Positions 1-15,939 of a stretch of DNA of 64,000 nucleotides are shown piece after piece. Position numbers and translations under genes: made by a program. Source of the DNA: the human T2T-CHM13v2.0 reference genome, Homo sapiens. The notes beneath the pieces are model-generated. The model saw only the letters and a program-made list of their open reading frames with translations. It was not told the origin of the DNA and did not search any database. Position 1 is the first letter of the stretch. Every line of letters starts with the position of its first letter. Where the stretch lies: NCBI RefSeq assembly GCF_009914755.1, contig NC_060941.1, one strand, 5' to 3'.

Positions 1-169
<169 letters not shown>

Positions 170-323
170 TTAAGGTTGTCTAACGTTTTAGTGCAATTGA
201 CTTAAGGTTGTCTAACATTTTAGTGTCTGAGCCAAGAATGGGGCTCTTGCAGTTCATTGTACCATCCTATCTCCTCTATTATTTTGGGAAATAATTGGCA
301 AAACTGACAACCCTTGAAGTCTT

Positions 324-689
324 TTATTTATCTATTTTTTTTTCTGAGACTAGGCCTTGCTCTATCACCCAAGCTGGAATGCAATGGCATGAACGTCACT
401 CACTGCAACCTTGACCTGCTGGGCTCAAGGGATCCTCCTACCTCAGCCTCCCATGTAGCTGGGGCCACAGGCACACGCCACCACACCTAGATGCTTACAC
501 ACATTACTACTAATTCTCAACAACCTTGCAATGAGAGACTGAAAAACAGTTACTGTTTTTTTGTTTTTGTTTTTGTTTTTGTTTTGTAGCGATGGGGTCT
601 CACTTTGTTGCCCAGGCTGGGGCTTAAGCAATCCTCCCACTTTGGCATCCCAAAGTGTTGGGATTGCAGGGATGAGCCACTGCATCCAG
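324..689 (-). repeat. AluJ with a foreign insert in the linker
   Basis: TSD CAACCCTTGAAGTCTT at 308-323 and 690-705. Confidence 0.9.
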
Positions 690-959
690 CAACCCTTGAA
701 GTCTTAAACTAACAAAATAGCAGTGGTGGAAAGGATCATTTGTAAGTCACTTATTTGGAAACTAAATTGCATTTCTTTCCCCACAAAAACAATGTTATAT
801 ATGATGGTTACCCAAGAAAGGCTACTGTATTTTGGATCCCATTTCCTCCTGCCTTCACAGGAACTTTACATTATTCTTTATCAATTTTTCTCTTGTCTGT
901 ATTCAACCTCTTCCTCTCAGTTTGGCCCTTTCCATCAGCATTTATGCTCATATAAAAAT

Positions 960-1205
960 AAAGCAAATCCTCCCTCACCCCTTCACATCCCTCCACCTGC
1001 TGTCCTGTTTCCCGTCACATCACAGTGACATTTTCAAAAGCACTGTCTACACTTGGCTCATTTTATTCCCTCACTGCCCACTCACTCAACATCCTCCAGT
1101 CAGGCTCAGAGCCATTGCATATTAACTCTTGCTATAGACATAATAACCTTCACACCACCAAATATAAGGGATGCTTTTCTATCCTCATTTTGACCTCTCA
1201 GGAGT
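960..1205 (+). mobile_element. L2 fragment
   Basis: tcctcattttgacctctcagga; L2-like pyrimidine-rich segment. Confidence 0.55.
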
Positions 1206-1282
1206 GTAGATGTGCGTCGGAGCTTTTTTTTTTTTTTTTTAACCTAGGGAGGGAGTCCACAGTTTTTTATAGAATTCTTTTG

Positions 1283-1480
1283 CAGGGGTGCCCAAGGGAG
1301 AGAATACATTCATGGGTTCTTAGTTTCTGTTTCTGGTGGGCCACTAAAGCCCCTTCCTCATCCCTCTTTTCCACTTATCACTAGAGGTAGAAACTAAAAA
1401 TCATGGCTTCACCCTGCTAAAAGCCTAAAACAAAAACAAAAGAAAAACAACAACAAAATAAGGCAGGTTGGACAAGCTTG
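1283..1480. mobile_element. MER30-family hAT-Charlie MITE
   Basis: Termini caggggtgcccaa ... ggttggacaagcttg. Confidence 0.7.
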
Positions 1481-2750
1481 CAGTTTAAAGGGTCCATAAA
1501 CCCCCCAAAAAGATGCAGAAAAGGTGATAGGTGATAATGGTGTGTCTTCTAGTACATACATTACTAAAATTAGGCTTAGCTTCTTCAGGGAAGAGTATCA
1601 GCCCAGTGAGTATATTGGTTATTTCTTTAGTGTGTGACAAATTTTCAGAAAATAAAGACAGAAGAGGTCAGTGGAGAATAAGTATGTTGCCATAATTCAC
1701 AGTTTAATTTGGGGAACATTATCAGACATAAGAAAGTGGAGAAGAAACCTGACAATTTGTCCTTCCTTGTTCCTTTCCTTTTCCAGAACAGTTCCTGGGT
1801 TGGCAATCAGGTGAAGAGAAATGTAAGATACTTGGGTTAGAGGGTGAGGAAATTCCAGGACAGCTTTGACATCTGCAGTAGCAAAGGGGAGAGGAAGGGG
1901 CAGAGGACGGGGTAGGAAGGGGCAGAGGACGGGGTGGGAAGTGGAACACTTCAAAACCTGGGAAGAAGGAGTGTCCATATCAATGCAGGGGCATATGTAA
2001 GCTGAAACTGGCTGAAACTTAAATACATTGTGAATAATAGTATGATGGGTCAATCTCCACCTAGCAGACAGTGCACCTGTACCTGGCCACCACGAAGAAT
2101 TTTCCATAAAACTCCTTTCTGTAAAACATAGCTAATCAAGCAAATCATCAAATGGCTGAGCAATTTTCCATCTACTCTTGCTATTTTCCATCTTCTCTTG
2201 AGGCACTTCCCTAACCCCCAATTCCTATCATTACCCAACTTCTAATTTAATATAAATAGAAATTAGGGTTCGAGTATGTGCATACATGTATGTGCACATG
2301 TGTACGTACACTCTCTCTCTTCTTTCCAAAATATTGATGATGGCAACAGCAGGAACTTTGCTGTTGCTCTCATTTATTGGCCCAGAAAAAATCCTAGTCA
2401 TGCAGTGGCAGTTAAAAGGTGCTCTAGGTAAATTGTTAAATAGGCAAAGTATGTTATTGATGATCTCAGCCACTTCTGTGTCTCCCTGTCCCATGATGCC
2501 CACTCCAACTAACACAGATTTTCAGTCCTTTTCTCTACCTACTTTAAAGTGCCCTGGCTTCCTGGTTTCTCTTGTCAGTCGAGAAGAAATATGATCTTAT
2601 AAGTCATATATACTAAGAGTATTGCTTCTGCCAATAGTAGTTATACCTTAAGAACTCAGCAGTATCAAATAAAGTAGTAGGTCCATCTAGTTGATGTTAA
2701 ATAGCAGAACCTGCTTTATTCCTGGTAATACTATAATTAAGTATTTCTGT

Positions 2751-3100
2751 CAAACTTTCAATTATAAGATGAATAAATTCTGAGGATCTAATGTACAGCA
2801 TGGTGACTATAGTTAATAATACTGTATTACATACTTGAAATTTGGTAAGAGAGTAGATTTTAAGCATTCTCACCAAAAAAAAGGTAACCATGTAAGCCAT
2901 GTAAGGTGATGAATGTATTAATTAGTATGACTATGGTAATCCTTTCACCATGTATATGTGTGTGTATATGTATGTGTGTGTATATATATATATGGATATA
3001 TATCCATATATATATATATGGATATATATCCATATATATATATATATAATCATACTGTACATTTTAAATATATTTCACTGCATTTGTCAATTTAAAAAAA
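2751..3100 (+). mobile_element. L1MA-type 3' end with an internal (TA)n microsatellite
   Basis: gatctaatgtacagcatggtgactatagttaataatactgtatt...gagagtagattttaag. Confidence 0.75.
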
Positions 3101-3105
3101 TCTGA

Positions 3106-3459
<354 letters not shown>

Positions 3460-4356
3460 TTAGTTCCCTTCTTTTTCAGAAGGTATCTTGCTATCCTACC
3501 TTTTCTCCCTGTCTTCTTTCTCTAAATATTATTTATGGATTAACCCTATAGGGAGTTTGTTTTTTAAAAAAGCCACACCTCTATTCCAAAGCTCACAAAG
3601 AACACTTCTAAAAGGAAAGCCCAAAAGGTGAGCAATCACATCCCTCACTGGAGGGCACCACAGATTAGTCCCTGCTGGACACCTTTAAGATCTTGGTCTT
3701 GTCTTGTTAAAGATATTCCCTGGGTGGCCTTCATCATGTTCTCTAGAAATATAATTCCACAATAGAGAATTCTATACTCTTCAGGAGGGATTTAGTAAAA
3801 TCCTGCCAACATCTTCCAATTCTTACCCTTTTTCTGAAAACAATTCTCTGTTAGCCAGAGAGTCCAACAAGTCTGAGACTAGAAATTTTAAACCAAAATA
3901 CAAAGACCACAATAGAAGTATACATAAGAAAAAGCATATAAATGCACACATACAGAGTTGTGTTTATCCTAAAAGCCTCTGAGAATTTCATATCAGGCCT
4001 GTGCAGATAGATAACAAACACTTCTTTAATCTTCTCTTTGAAGCTTCAGCTTCAATAGGAAAGGGAAGCTATCACTCCTCTGCAATATCCATACTCAATA
4101 TCATCAGGACGATGCAAATGATATTTGGAACTGAAAAATGATGAGTACAGAACGAGCAGAGAGAGAATGTTGCAACCATATTGATGATGATCATTTTTAC
4201 ATTCAGTAAAAATAAACCCATCTTCACTTATGCCTCCAAAAGTGAAAATGGAAGAATAAAATTTCACAATATTTTCTCTAAGCTACAGAACAGTCTTAAA
4301 ATTTTAGTATTAAATTGTAGAGTATGCTATTTGTGTTTTCAAATTAAAGATGTTTT

Positions 4357-4655
4357 GGCCAGGCACTGTGGCTTGCGCCTGTAATCCCAGCACTTTCGGA
4401 GGTCATAAGTTCAAGAGCAGCCTGACCAACATGGTGAAACCCTGTTTCTACTAAAAATACAAAAAAATTAGCTGGGCGTAGTGGCGCATGCCTGTAATCT
4501 CAGCTACTTGGGAGTCGGAGGCAGGAGGATCACTTGAACTCAGGAGGCAGAGGTTGCAGTGAGCCGAGATCGCGCCATGCACTCCAGCCTTGGCAACAGA
4601 GACAGACTCCATCTCAAAATAAATAAATAAATAAATAAATAAATAAATATAAAAT
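4357..4655 (+). repeat. AluS with (TAAA)n tail
   Basis: TSD TAAAGATGTTTT. Confidence 0.92.
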
Positions 4656-4678
4656 AAAGATGTTTTAACTGAACTTTA

Positions 4679-4989
4679 GGTCAGATGCAGTGGCTCACAC
4701 CTGTAATCCAAGCACTAAGAGAGGCCAAGGTGGGTATATTGCTTGAGCCCTGGAGTTTGAGTCCAGCCTAGACAACATGGCAAAACCCTGTCTCTACAAA
4801 AAGTACAAAGATTAGCTGGGTGTGGTGGTGTGCACCTGCAGTCCCAGTTACTGAGGAGGCTGAGGTGGGAGGATTGCATGAGCCTGCGAGGTTGAGGCTA
4901 CAGTGAGCCATGATTGCACCACTGCACTCCAGCCTGGGCAACAGAGTGAGACCCTCTCTCAAAAAAAAAAAAAAGTAAAAAATAAAAAA
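4679..4989 (+). repeat. AluJ
   Basis: TSD TGAACTTTAG. Confidence 0.92.
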
Positions 4990-5084
4990 TGAACTTTAGT
5001 TTGGAGAAAGGTACAAATAAATTGAACCCACAGTATTGAGGGAATCTTGATAAGCAGCAGTCACTGTAGTAGTAATAACAGTAG

Positions 5085-5310
5085 TGCTAATAACAATGCT
5101 AAGATTTATTGAACATTTTGTTGGATGTTGCTCTAAGCACTTTTCTTACATTAACCCATTTCCTCACACTCTAACCCTATTATTATGCCCATTTTCTAAA
5201 TAAGAAAACTGAGGCATCAAGGATTAAATAACTTACCCATCATAAGAAAGCTAATGGACAAGTGGACAAGTTTCCACCACCAACAATCAGTTTCAGAACA
5301 GGACCTCTAA
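5085..5310 (-). mobile_element. MIR
   Basis: tattattatgcccattttctaaataagaaaactgaggca (MIR core). Confidence 0.7.
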
Positions 5311-5584
5311 TGAGAAACTAAGGAGGAAAGTCTTGAAAATATAATCTAACAATTAAAACAATCATCAAAATTAACTGAGTCTTTCTCTAAAGATATTTTA
5401 CTATTCTAAAATAATTCAGTGACTCAGTCAACCAATTCAATATTTATTGAATGTCTTCTATGACAAGCCCTTTGCCCAGGTACTATGGATGAAATGATGA
5501 CTATAATAGATATGATTCGTCTACAGATATATTTCAGTATCTTTCATACTGCAAACACACAGTTCTAGGTTGCCACCCCAAATT

Positions 5585-6770
5585 CACAGAGTCTATAAAG
5601 AACTTAATCGGACAAGTAAAAAACAACGCCATTAAAAAGTTTGCAAAAAGCATGAACAGACACTTCTTAAGAGAAGACACACAAGTGGCCAACGAATATA
5701 TTAAAATGCTCAACATTACTAATCATCAGAGAAATGCAAATCAAAACCATCTCACACCAATCAGAATGGCTATCATTATTATTATATTTTTTTGAAACAG
5801 GGTCTCGCCCTGTCACCTATGCTGGAGTGCTGTGGCGTGATCATGGCTTACTGCAGCCTCAACTTCCTGGGCTCAAGCAATCCTCCCCACCTCAGCCTCC
5901 CAGTAGCTGGGAGCAGCACGTGCCATCACACCTGGCTAATTATTGTATTTTTTGTAGAGACAAGGTTTCTCAATGTTGCCCTAGGCTGGTCTCAAACTGC
6001 TGAGCTCAAGCCCGCCTCAGCCACCCAAAGTGCTCGGATTACAAGCGTGAGCCACCACACCTGGCCAGAATGGTTATTATTAAGAAGTCAAGAAACAACA
6101 GGTGCTGGTGAGGCTGTGGAGAAAAGGAACACTTATACATTGTTGGTGGGAATGTAAATTAGTTTAGCTGCTGTGGAAAGCAGTTTGGAGATTTATCAAA
6201 GAACTTAAAACAGAACTACCATTCAACCCCGTAATCCCATTACTGGGTATATATCCAAAAGAAAATAAATCATTCTACCAAAAAGACATATGCACTTGTA
6301 GGTTCATCACAGTGCTATTCATAATAGCAAAGACATGGAATCAACCTAGGTGTCCATCAACAGTGGATTAGATTTTTTTAAATATGGCATATATACACCA
6401 TGGACTATGATGCAGCCATAATAAACAATGAAATCACGTCCTTTTCAACAAGATGGATGCAGCTGGAGGCCATTATTCTAAGCAAATTAATGCAGAAACA
6501 GAAAACCAAATACTGCATGTTCTCACTTATAAGCGGGAGCTAAACATTAGGTACTTATGAACATAAAGGTGTGAGCAATAGATACTAGGGACTAATAGAG
6601 ATGGGGAAAGAGAAAGAGGGGTAGGAGTTGAAAAATTATTGGGTACTATGCTCACTATTTGGGTGATGGGATCATTTGTATCCCAAGCTTCAGCATCACA
6701 CTATATACCCTGTAACAAACCTGCACATGTACCCCCTGTGTCCAAAATAAAAGTTGAAATTGTAAAAAAT
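5585..6770 (+). mobile_element. Old L1P (L1PA15/16-like) ORF2 end plus 3' UTR, interrupted by an AluJ
   Basis: catcagagaaatgcaaatcaaaacca...atgttctcacttataag...aacctgcacatgtacccc...aaataaaagttgaaa. Confidence 0.85.
5780..6066 (-). repeat. AluJ inside L1
   Basis: Alu consensus; TSD beginning cagaatgg. Confidence 0.9.
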
Positions 6771-6932
6771 AAACAATTCACAGAAAACATTGTCAGGCTT
6801 CTGCTGAAAATAGGGCTACTGAATCTAAATCAACAGATTGCAAGGGAGAGAATATCAGATTCTTGGCCATGGAGCTAACCAAAGAACATAGTTATTGAGA
6901 TTAAAGTACTCAGAGCTTTATTCCCTCAGTCA

Positions 6933-7376
<444 letters not shown>

Positions 7377-7451
7377 TTAACATTTATTAGCACTTACATG
7401 TTAGGCATTGTGCTAGATATACACATATACATATGCATATACATCATATAT

Positions 7452-7740
7452 ATTTTTTTGAGACAGAGTCTCACTCTGTCACCCAGGCTGGAGTGCAGTG
7501 CACAATCTCCATTCACTGCAACCTCTGCCTCCTGGGTTCACGCGATTCTCGTACCTCAGCCTCCTGAGTAGCTAGGATTACAAACGTGTGCCACCATACC
7601 CAGTTAATTTTTTATCTTTTAGTAGAGATGGGGTTTTCCCATGTTGGCAAGGTTGGTCTTGAGCTCCTTGCCTCAAGTGATTTACCCACCTCAGCCTCCC
7701 AAAGTGCTGGGATTACAGGCATGAGCCACCACGTCTGGCC
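7452..7740 (-). repeat. AluS
   Basis: Alu consensus. Confidence 0.92.
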
Positions 7741-7768
7741 CTGTGCTAGGTATATGTTTTACATGTGT

Positions 7769-8072
<304 letters not shown>

Positions 8073-8110
8073 ACATGTATTATTTTATTTAATCTTCATA
8101 AAAACCCTAG

Positions 8111-8418
<308 letters not shown>

Positions 8419-8532
8419 AGGACTACTATTATCCTCATTTTACACATGAGGAAACTCAAACTCAGGAAGGTCAAACAACTTGGCCAAGATCACATAGCTA
8501 CTAAGTGGCAGAACCAAGATTTGTATCCAGGT

Positions 8533-8910
8533 TGTATTAGTCCATTTTCACACTGCTATAAAGATACTACCTGAGACTGGGTAATTTATAAATAAAAGAG
8601 GTTTAACTGACTCACACTTCCACATGGCTGCGGAGGCCTCAGGAAACTTAAAACCATGGTGGAAGGTGAAAGGGAAGCAAGCACCTTCTTCACAGGGTGG
8701 CAGGAGAGAGAGAGAACATGAGAGAAGTGGGAAGCACTAGACACTTATCAAACAACCAGATCTTGTGAGAACCCACTCACTATCATGAGAGCAGCAAGGG
8801 GCAAATCTGCTCCCACGATCTAATCACCTCCCACCAGGTCCCTCCCTTGACATGTGGGGTTTATAATTCAAGATGAGATTTGGGTGGGGGGACAGAGCCA
8901 AACCATATCA
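8533..8910 (-). mobile_element. MaLR solo LTR (THE1D/MSTA-like)
   Basis: TG...CA ends (tgtattagtcc...ccaaaccatatca); 5-bp TSD CAGGT at 8528-8532 and 8911-8915. Confidence 0.9.
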
Positions 8911-9505
8911 CAGGTCTACTTGGTTCCAGAGCCCAAGCTCTTAAATTCCATATTAACTGCTTTCCTATTGGCTGTAATATATAAAAAAAAATAAATCTGG
9001 TACTTAAGAGAAGATACAGTTGTTTTGTTAGATAGCCTATGGGCATGAATCAACCCTAATATGAATATTAGGGAGTGGTTAGACAGAGGTCTTTAACCTG
9101 AAGTCCATAGTTTAGGCTTCAGGGGATTTCCTAAACTCTCTAAAATTGTGGGTGAAATGTAACACTTGTTTTCTTTTCTCTTGGAGAAGAGTCTATAGAC
9201 CTCATTAGTGTCAATAACTCACCCTTGCCCCACACCCACCAAAAATGATATGACCCACTGAATTAGGTGAATAGAGTTGTAATGGCATTATAAAACTAGC
9301 TACCCAGAAAGGCCAACATCTGTGATGTTATAACTCTAGAACATCTAGATGAATTTTTTTTTGCAACTGAAGTATTAAAAGTGTTATTTTACCTGTGACT
9401 TATGGAAATTTAAAACACATCATATACTCTCTGCCTTGGTAAACTCCTGCTGAACAAAATCAAATCTCTTCTTAATGACTTAAGGACATCCAAATTTGAA
9501 CTTCT

Positions 9506-9808
9506 CTTTTTTGTTGTTTTTGAGACAGGGTCTTGCTCTGCTGCCCATGCTGGAGCGTAGTGACACAATCTCAGCTCACTGCAACTTCTGCCTCCCAGGC
9601 TCAAGCCATCGTTCCACCTTAGCTTCTTGAGTATCTGGGACTACAGGCACGCTCCACCATGCCTGGCTAATTTTTGTTTTTTTTTTTTTTGTACAGACAG
9701 GGTTTCACCATGTTGCCCAGACTGGTCTTGAACTCCTGGACTCAAGCAATCTGCCTGCTTGGCCTCCCAAAGTGCTGAGATTACAGATGTGAGCCATTGC
9801 ATTCAGCC
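9506..9808 (-). repeat. AluJ
   Basis: Alu consensus; TSD tgaacttc. Confidence 0.9.
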
Positions 9809-10301
9809 TGAACTTCCTTTTTGTACTAAAACAGCAATGCCTTCTGAATGCATAGGCTGTCTGCAATACTCAGTGTCCAAAGACTTCTATCTCTCTCTTG
9901 ACCATCTCTGTTCTCTGATAATGGCTGTCTCCAAACAGACTGCAAAGGCTAACACTGAAGAGTTATCCTGCATTGAAAATGGAATCTTAGGATTCAGACG
10001 GACACCTAGTTGGGCATGGATTCCATGCAAGTTGATAAGGCTAGGAAAACCCCTTGCAACTGATCTTGAGCAGTCAGCCACATGGTAGAAGTTTATTTAT
10101 GCCCAAGGAAATGGCTTTGCTGAGCAATGCTAAGAGTCTGTACACTAAATATTTCCTATAATTCTTTTTCTCACTTGGAAAGATTCACATTGCTTCCAAA
10201 TTATCTTCTGAAAGTGTCCCATCTACTACCTTGCAGAAGGTATGGACTAGTGGCAAAGAGTAACATGGCCAGTGACACCCAACAACAGAAATGGGAAAAC
10301 A

Positions 10302-10315
10302 GCACCATCTGGTGG
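10302..10315 (-). promoter_or_regulatory. Candidate CTCF site
   Basis: Minus strand CCACCAGATGGTGC, 13/14 match to CCASYAGRKGGCRS; motif only. Confidence 0.35.
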
Positions 10316-12149
10316 AAGTCCCCAGTGGAGGCATCCAAGGCCTGGGACCCAGGGGTCCAGGTACCAGCCTTAGAAACAACTGGGCAGCAAAAGGAAGGTC
10401 TTTGGTGGAAGAGCTGGTGATCCTTCTAGTCCCAATTCCTTAATCTCACCAAAAGTACAAGACCTAATGCCTACCTACAAGGAGCTTACAATCTAGTCCA
10501 AAATATTAGCTCTTTGTATATAATGAGATGACAATCTAATATGATAAATACTACTGTAACAACAGACAATAGGCATATAACTCAATTATGTAATAGAAGA
10601 ACATATCACAAGAAGGTCCCGGGTTCTTTTGGGGGATGTAATATTTCTGTGGTCTTGAGTCTATATTTACAAGCCCATCTAGGTAGATAATACAATGTTC
10701 ACCTACCTACTAAATACAATGATCACAATCAAACTTATATTAAATAATAAACAACATTATCTGAGATTGACAGTATAACTCATCACCTGCTCCCCCACCA
10801 CAATTTTTAAGTCCATTCCTGGACAGCAAAAAAGAAATTAAATTTTGAAAAGAAATTAAAGTACTATTTAACACTAGAGTCTCCTATAACACTTTTGCTA
10901 CATGGAATCATTGCTATGGTCAATGAAACACCCACCATGAGTATAAACATTAAGAAACCTAAGAACTCTTTTTGATCAGTGAGTGATTAAGCTTTCTGAT
11001 TGCAACACTGGAAACCCACATTCTAACATTCCTTCCCCTACTTTCTAGCATGAGGACTGTTTTTTCACCAGCAAATCTCACTAGTATGTCTACACAATCC
11101 CCATACTTCCTCCATGTAATAGGCAACAAACTATAATTCGATGAACTAATAAAGGAAAAATGCTAGCCAAATACATTATGGCAAAATAAAAACACTAAAC
11201 AACAGGTCAGAGTTGGAGGGTTTTTTTCTGTAAATAAAAAGGAGTCATTGAAAGGTCTGTTTCTTTGTTTGTTTGTTTGTCTTTAAGGATAAAGAATGAT
11301 GTCCACATCAAATCCAGCAGAGATGTGTAGCATGGATGGGAGGGAGAAAAGTGGGGAGATAGTTTAGGAAGCTACTTGAGAGCAAGAGAAAAGACAAGAC
11401 ATTAGATAACAGACTTAGAGACTGGCTAGGAGGAGAGCATCAAGAGGAAAGTCAGAGACGCCTTTCGGTTCCAAACTTGTGTATTGGAGAAAACAAGGTA
11501 CTGCTTATGTACAAATAACTCCAGCTGATTACTGTATTCTAAACTGTTGTCTCTTTGGCCCTTGCTCTGTCATTTTTGTCACTGTTGACGCTTAAAAACC
11601 TAATTTTGTTTTATTTTTTGCTTGCTTCAGGTTAACAGCTACTCTTCGACCACTGAGACGCCATTATCTGATTAGTGAATAACTGGTAGCTGAGTGAATG
11701 TGTGACTGTGGCCCATATACTCACTGAATTTTACAGCTGGAAGGACACTTAAAATCATTTACTCTAGCCTTCACTTTACGGATGAGAACAATGAAGCATG
11801 GAGAGGTTATCTGATCGCACCATAGGAGTTTAAAAGTCCACACTGTGGGGCCACCACAGTTTATCTTGTACAGAATCAGGGGCAAGTTCAAAAATGTGAT
11901 ATTCATTTAAAAATGAGACAATTTCTACAAAAACATTTAAAACCTCCTTGGAAAAACTCGGCTATCATGCCTTTGATATTTTCCTTGTTATGAACATGGA
12001 CATATTATTCACCTGAAGGCAAATGTTATGTAAAAAATTTTTAAGCTGGATTAGTTATTAGAGTTCATCTAGGCAAGGTGGATATCTCAGCATTAACATG
12101 CCAACACAGTCTCTGTATCTCAAGTTACGAATACTGCATTTGTTCTCTC

Positions 12150-13270
<1,121 letters not shown>

Positions 13271-13379
13271 GAGAAGAAACCAATTGCCAAAGACTTCACT
13301 ATAGTGCCTGCATATATTAAATACTTTAGTCCATTAAAACATTCAAAAGCAGGAGATATCATTACTCTTCTCTTTCAGG

Positions 13380-14292
13380 AGTAGAACTGTCCTTTGTCCC
13401 ACAGGTCCCAAACTTCTCCTACCCCTGTGTTCCCTATTTCAATGGATGATATTACTATCCACCCAGCTGAAACTTGGGAATCATCCCTATACCTCTTTTT
13501 CTATTACTATATATATCCCATTAGTCACCAAGACCTGTAGATTCTACTCCCTTAATAACCTTTTAATCAATCTCCTCTCCATCTCTGCAGACACTGAGTT
13601 CATCTGAGCTTTCAAAAGGCCTCACCCACATCCATGTAACCACATCGCAAACGGTCCATCTGCCCTCATCCTCCTCCCTTTGACCTACTCTCCTCAGTGC
13701 TGATGAAAAAGGGAATGGAATGAGCATGAAGAGCAAAGTCTTTGCAGACAGGTCTGGGTTGAAGTCCCAGCTCCTCCATCTTCTAGCTGAGACTTTTGCT
13801 GCAGCCTTAGTTTCCTCATCTTTAAAACAGAAATAATAACCACATCTGCCTCATTTGGTTCTTGGGAGGACTAACAGAGGTAATGCACGTAAAGAACCTG
13901 GTAAACCTCCAATAAATGTCAGCTGTTAGTCATTAGCACCTTCATTATCTTAATGACCTAAAAGGCCAGCTTGGTCCTATCATTCTCCTGCTTGAAATCC
14001 TTCCATGGCTCACCTCAGCTCTCAGGTCCTCCCCGGCTCCCGTTCACACTCCTGCCTACTTGTTCAAGCACCCTCTGCCAGCAAACCTTTCCTTTCATGC
14101 CTCCTTCTTCTCCTAGCGGACCCTCCATGATCCTTTGAGGCTCAGCTAAGTGTCCTATGTTAGGGTTCCCACAGCACATCTGTGCATGCCTCTCAGTAGC
14201 ACCTATAATACTGTATTAGCATCTTCTTGTCTCTCTGTCACTGAGCCCTCAAGGGGCAGTGGCATAGAGCTTGTGCTCAATAAATGTTTGCT
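13380..14292 (+). mobile_element. L2 3' region (MIR inserted)
   Basis: aaacttgggaatcatccc; tcctgcttgaaatccttccatggctc; tgctcaataaatgtttgctaaat. Confidence 0.65.
13720..13930 (+). mobile_element. MIR
   Basis: ctgggttgaagtcccagctc...agtttcctcatctttaaaa. Confidence 0.7.
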
Positions 14293-15003
14293 AAATCAGC
14301 GAATGGAGGTAAGAAGCAGGAAGGGCTGTCTGAGTTCAGTATGAGACTCATTCAGTATAAGAGAGCATTTCAGGGAGGGGTAGGGACAAGCTTGGAGAGG
14401 CAGGCAAAGGGCAAGGCACTTCCAGGCAATGCTATGAAGTATGGATTTTATTCCAAAAAGGTGGGGCTGGGGTGCCTTCATTTTCCTCTAAATCACTCAC
14501 ACAAAGTCAAGAGGGGAAAAAAGAAAGAAAATCAAAGTAAGGGATGAAAAAGAAGAGAGACAAAAATAAGAAAGCTTTGTTAAATTGAAACCTTCATCCA
14601 AATGAAGAATTTTTTCCCCCAAAGCCTGGCTTCAAAGACAAACCACAAAATGACCAGTAAAAATATACTTCAAAAGACACGACTGAATACACATTGCGGT
14701 GGCAAGAATCCAATATATAAATACAATCAATTTGTTTCCTCATTAGAAGCTTTCATGAAGAAAATGATTTAATACAAATGCTAAAGTTACTGACATAGAT
14801 TAATTGAAAAATAACAACAGAATCCTAATTAAAGATATAACATTATTTCACTCATTCACACTACACCAAAATGTGAATCAATAAATAACAGAATTTAGAA
14901 AGCCAGCTTCTACTGGTAACCACTCTAAGAACTACAATGAATTACTGACATTTTCATAAAATGCCTATCCTTATGTGTACACTTTCTTCTATTTAAGAAC
15001 TGA

Positions 15004-15450
<447 letters not shown>

Positions 15451-15939
15451 TAAAGTATCATTCTTACCCATTTACTACTTTGTCATAATTAAACCCTTAC
15501 ATAAAGTACCCAATTATCCAAGCCATAAAAAAATGGAATGGACTTTGATCTAAAAGCTAATGACTACGTGACCAGCTCTGTGGCTATATCAGTACAGGTC
15601 AGGGGTCCTCAGAGTTTCGATTACAATCAACCAGTCAATCCCAGGCTTTACCTGGCTCATCTTGGGACCAGGGCTTTCAGTTCTGTCTCACTTTGAGGGA
15701 TTCTCCAGCATCAGAAACATCTTGAGATGTTGCCAGTTCACAAGGAAGCACAGAGCAGCATATGAACATATCCCCATCTCCTCACCCCAGGAGCTAATCA
15801 GGCTGAAATGTTGTCAGCTACTGACAGTTCTTAAGCCCTGCTGGAAAGATTTTCCCTTCATTGTTAAAATTCAGTTGAGAACCAAAATAGTCACTTACCT
15901 CAAAAACAAAAAACAAAAAACAGGGTATTCTGATAAAGA

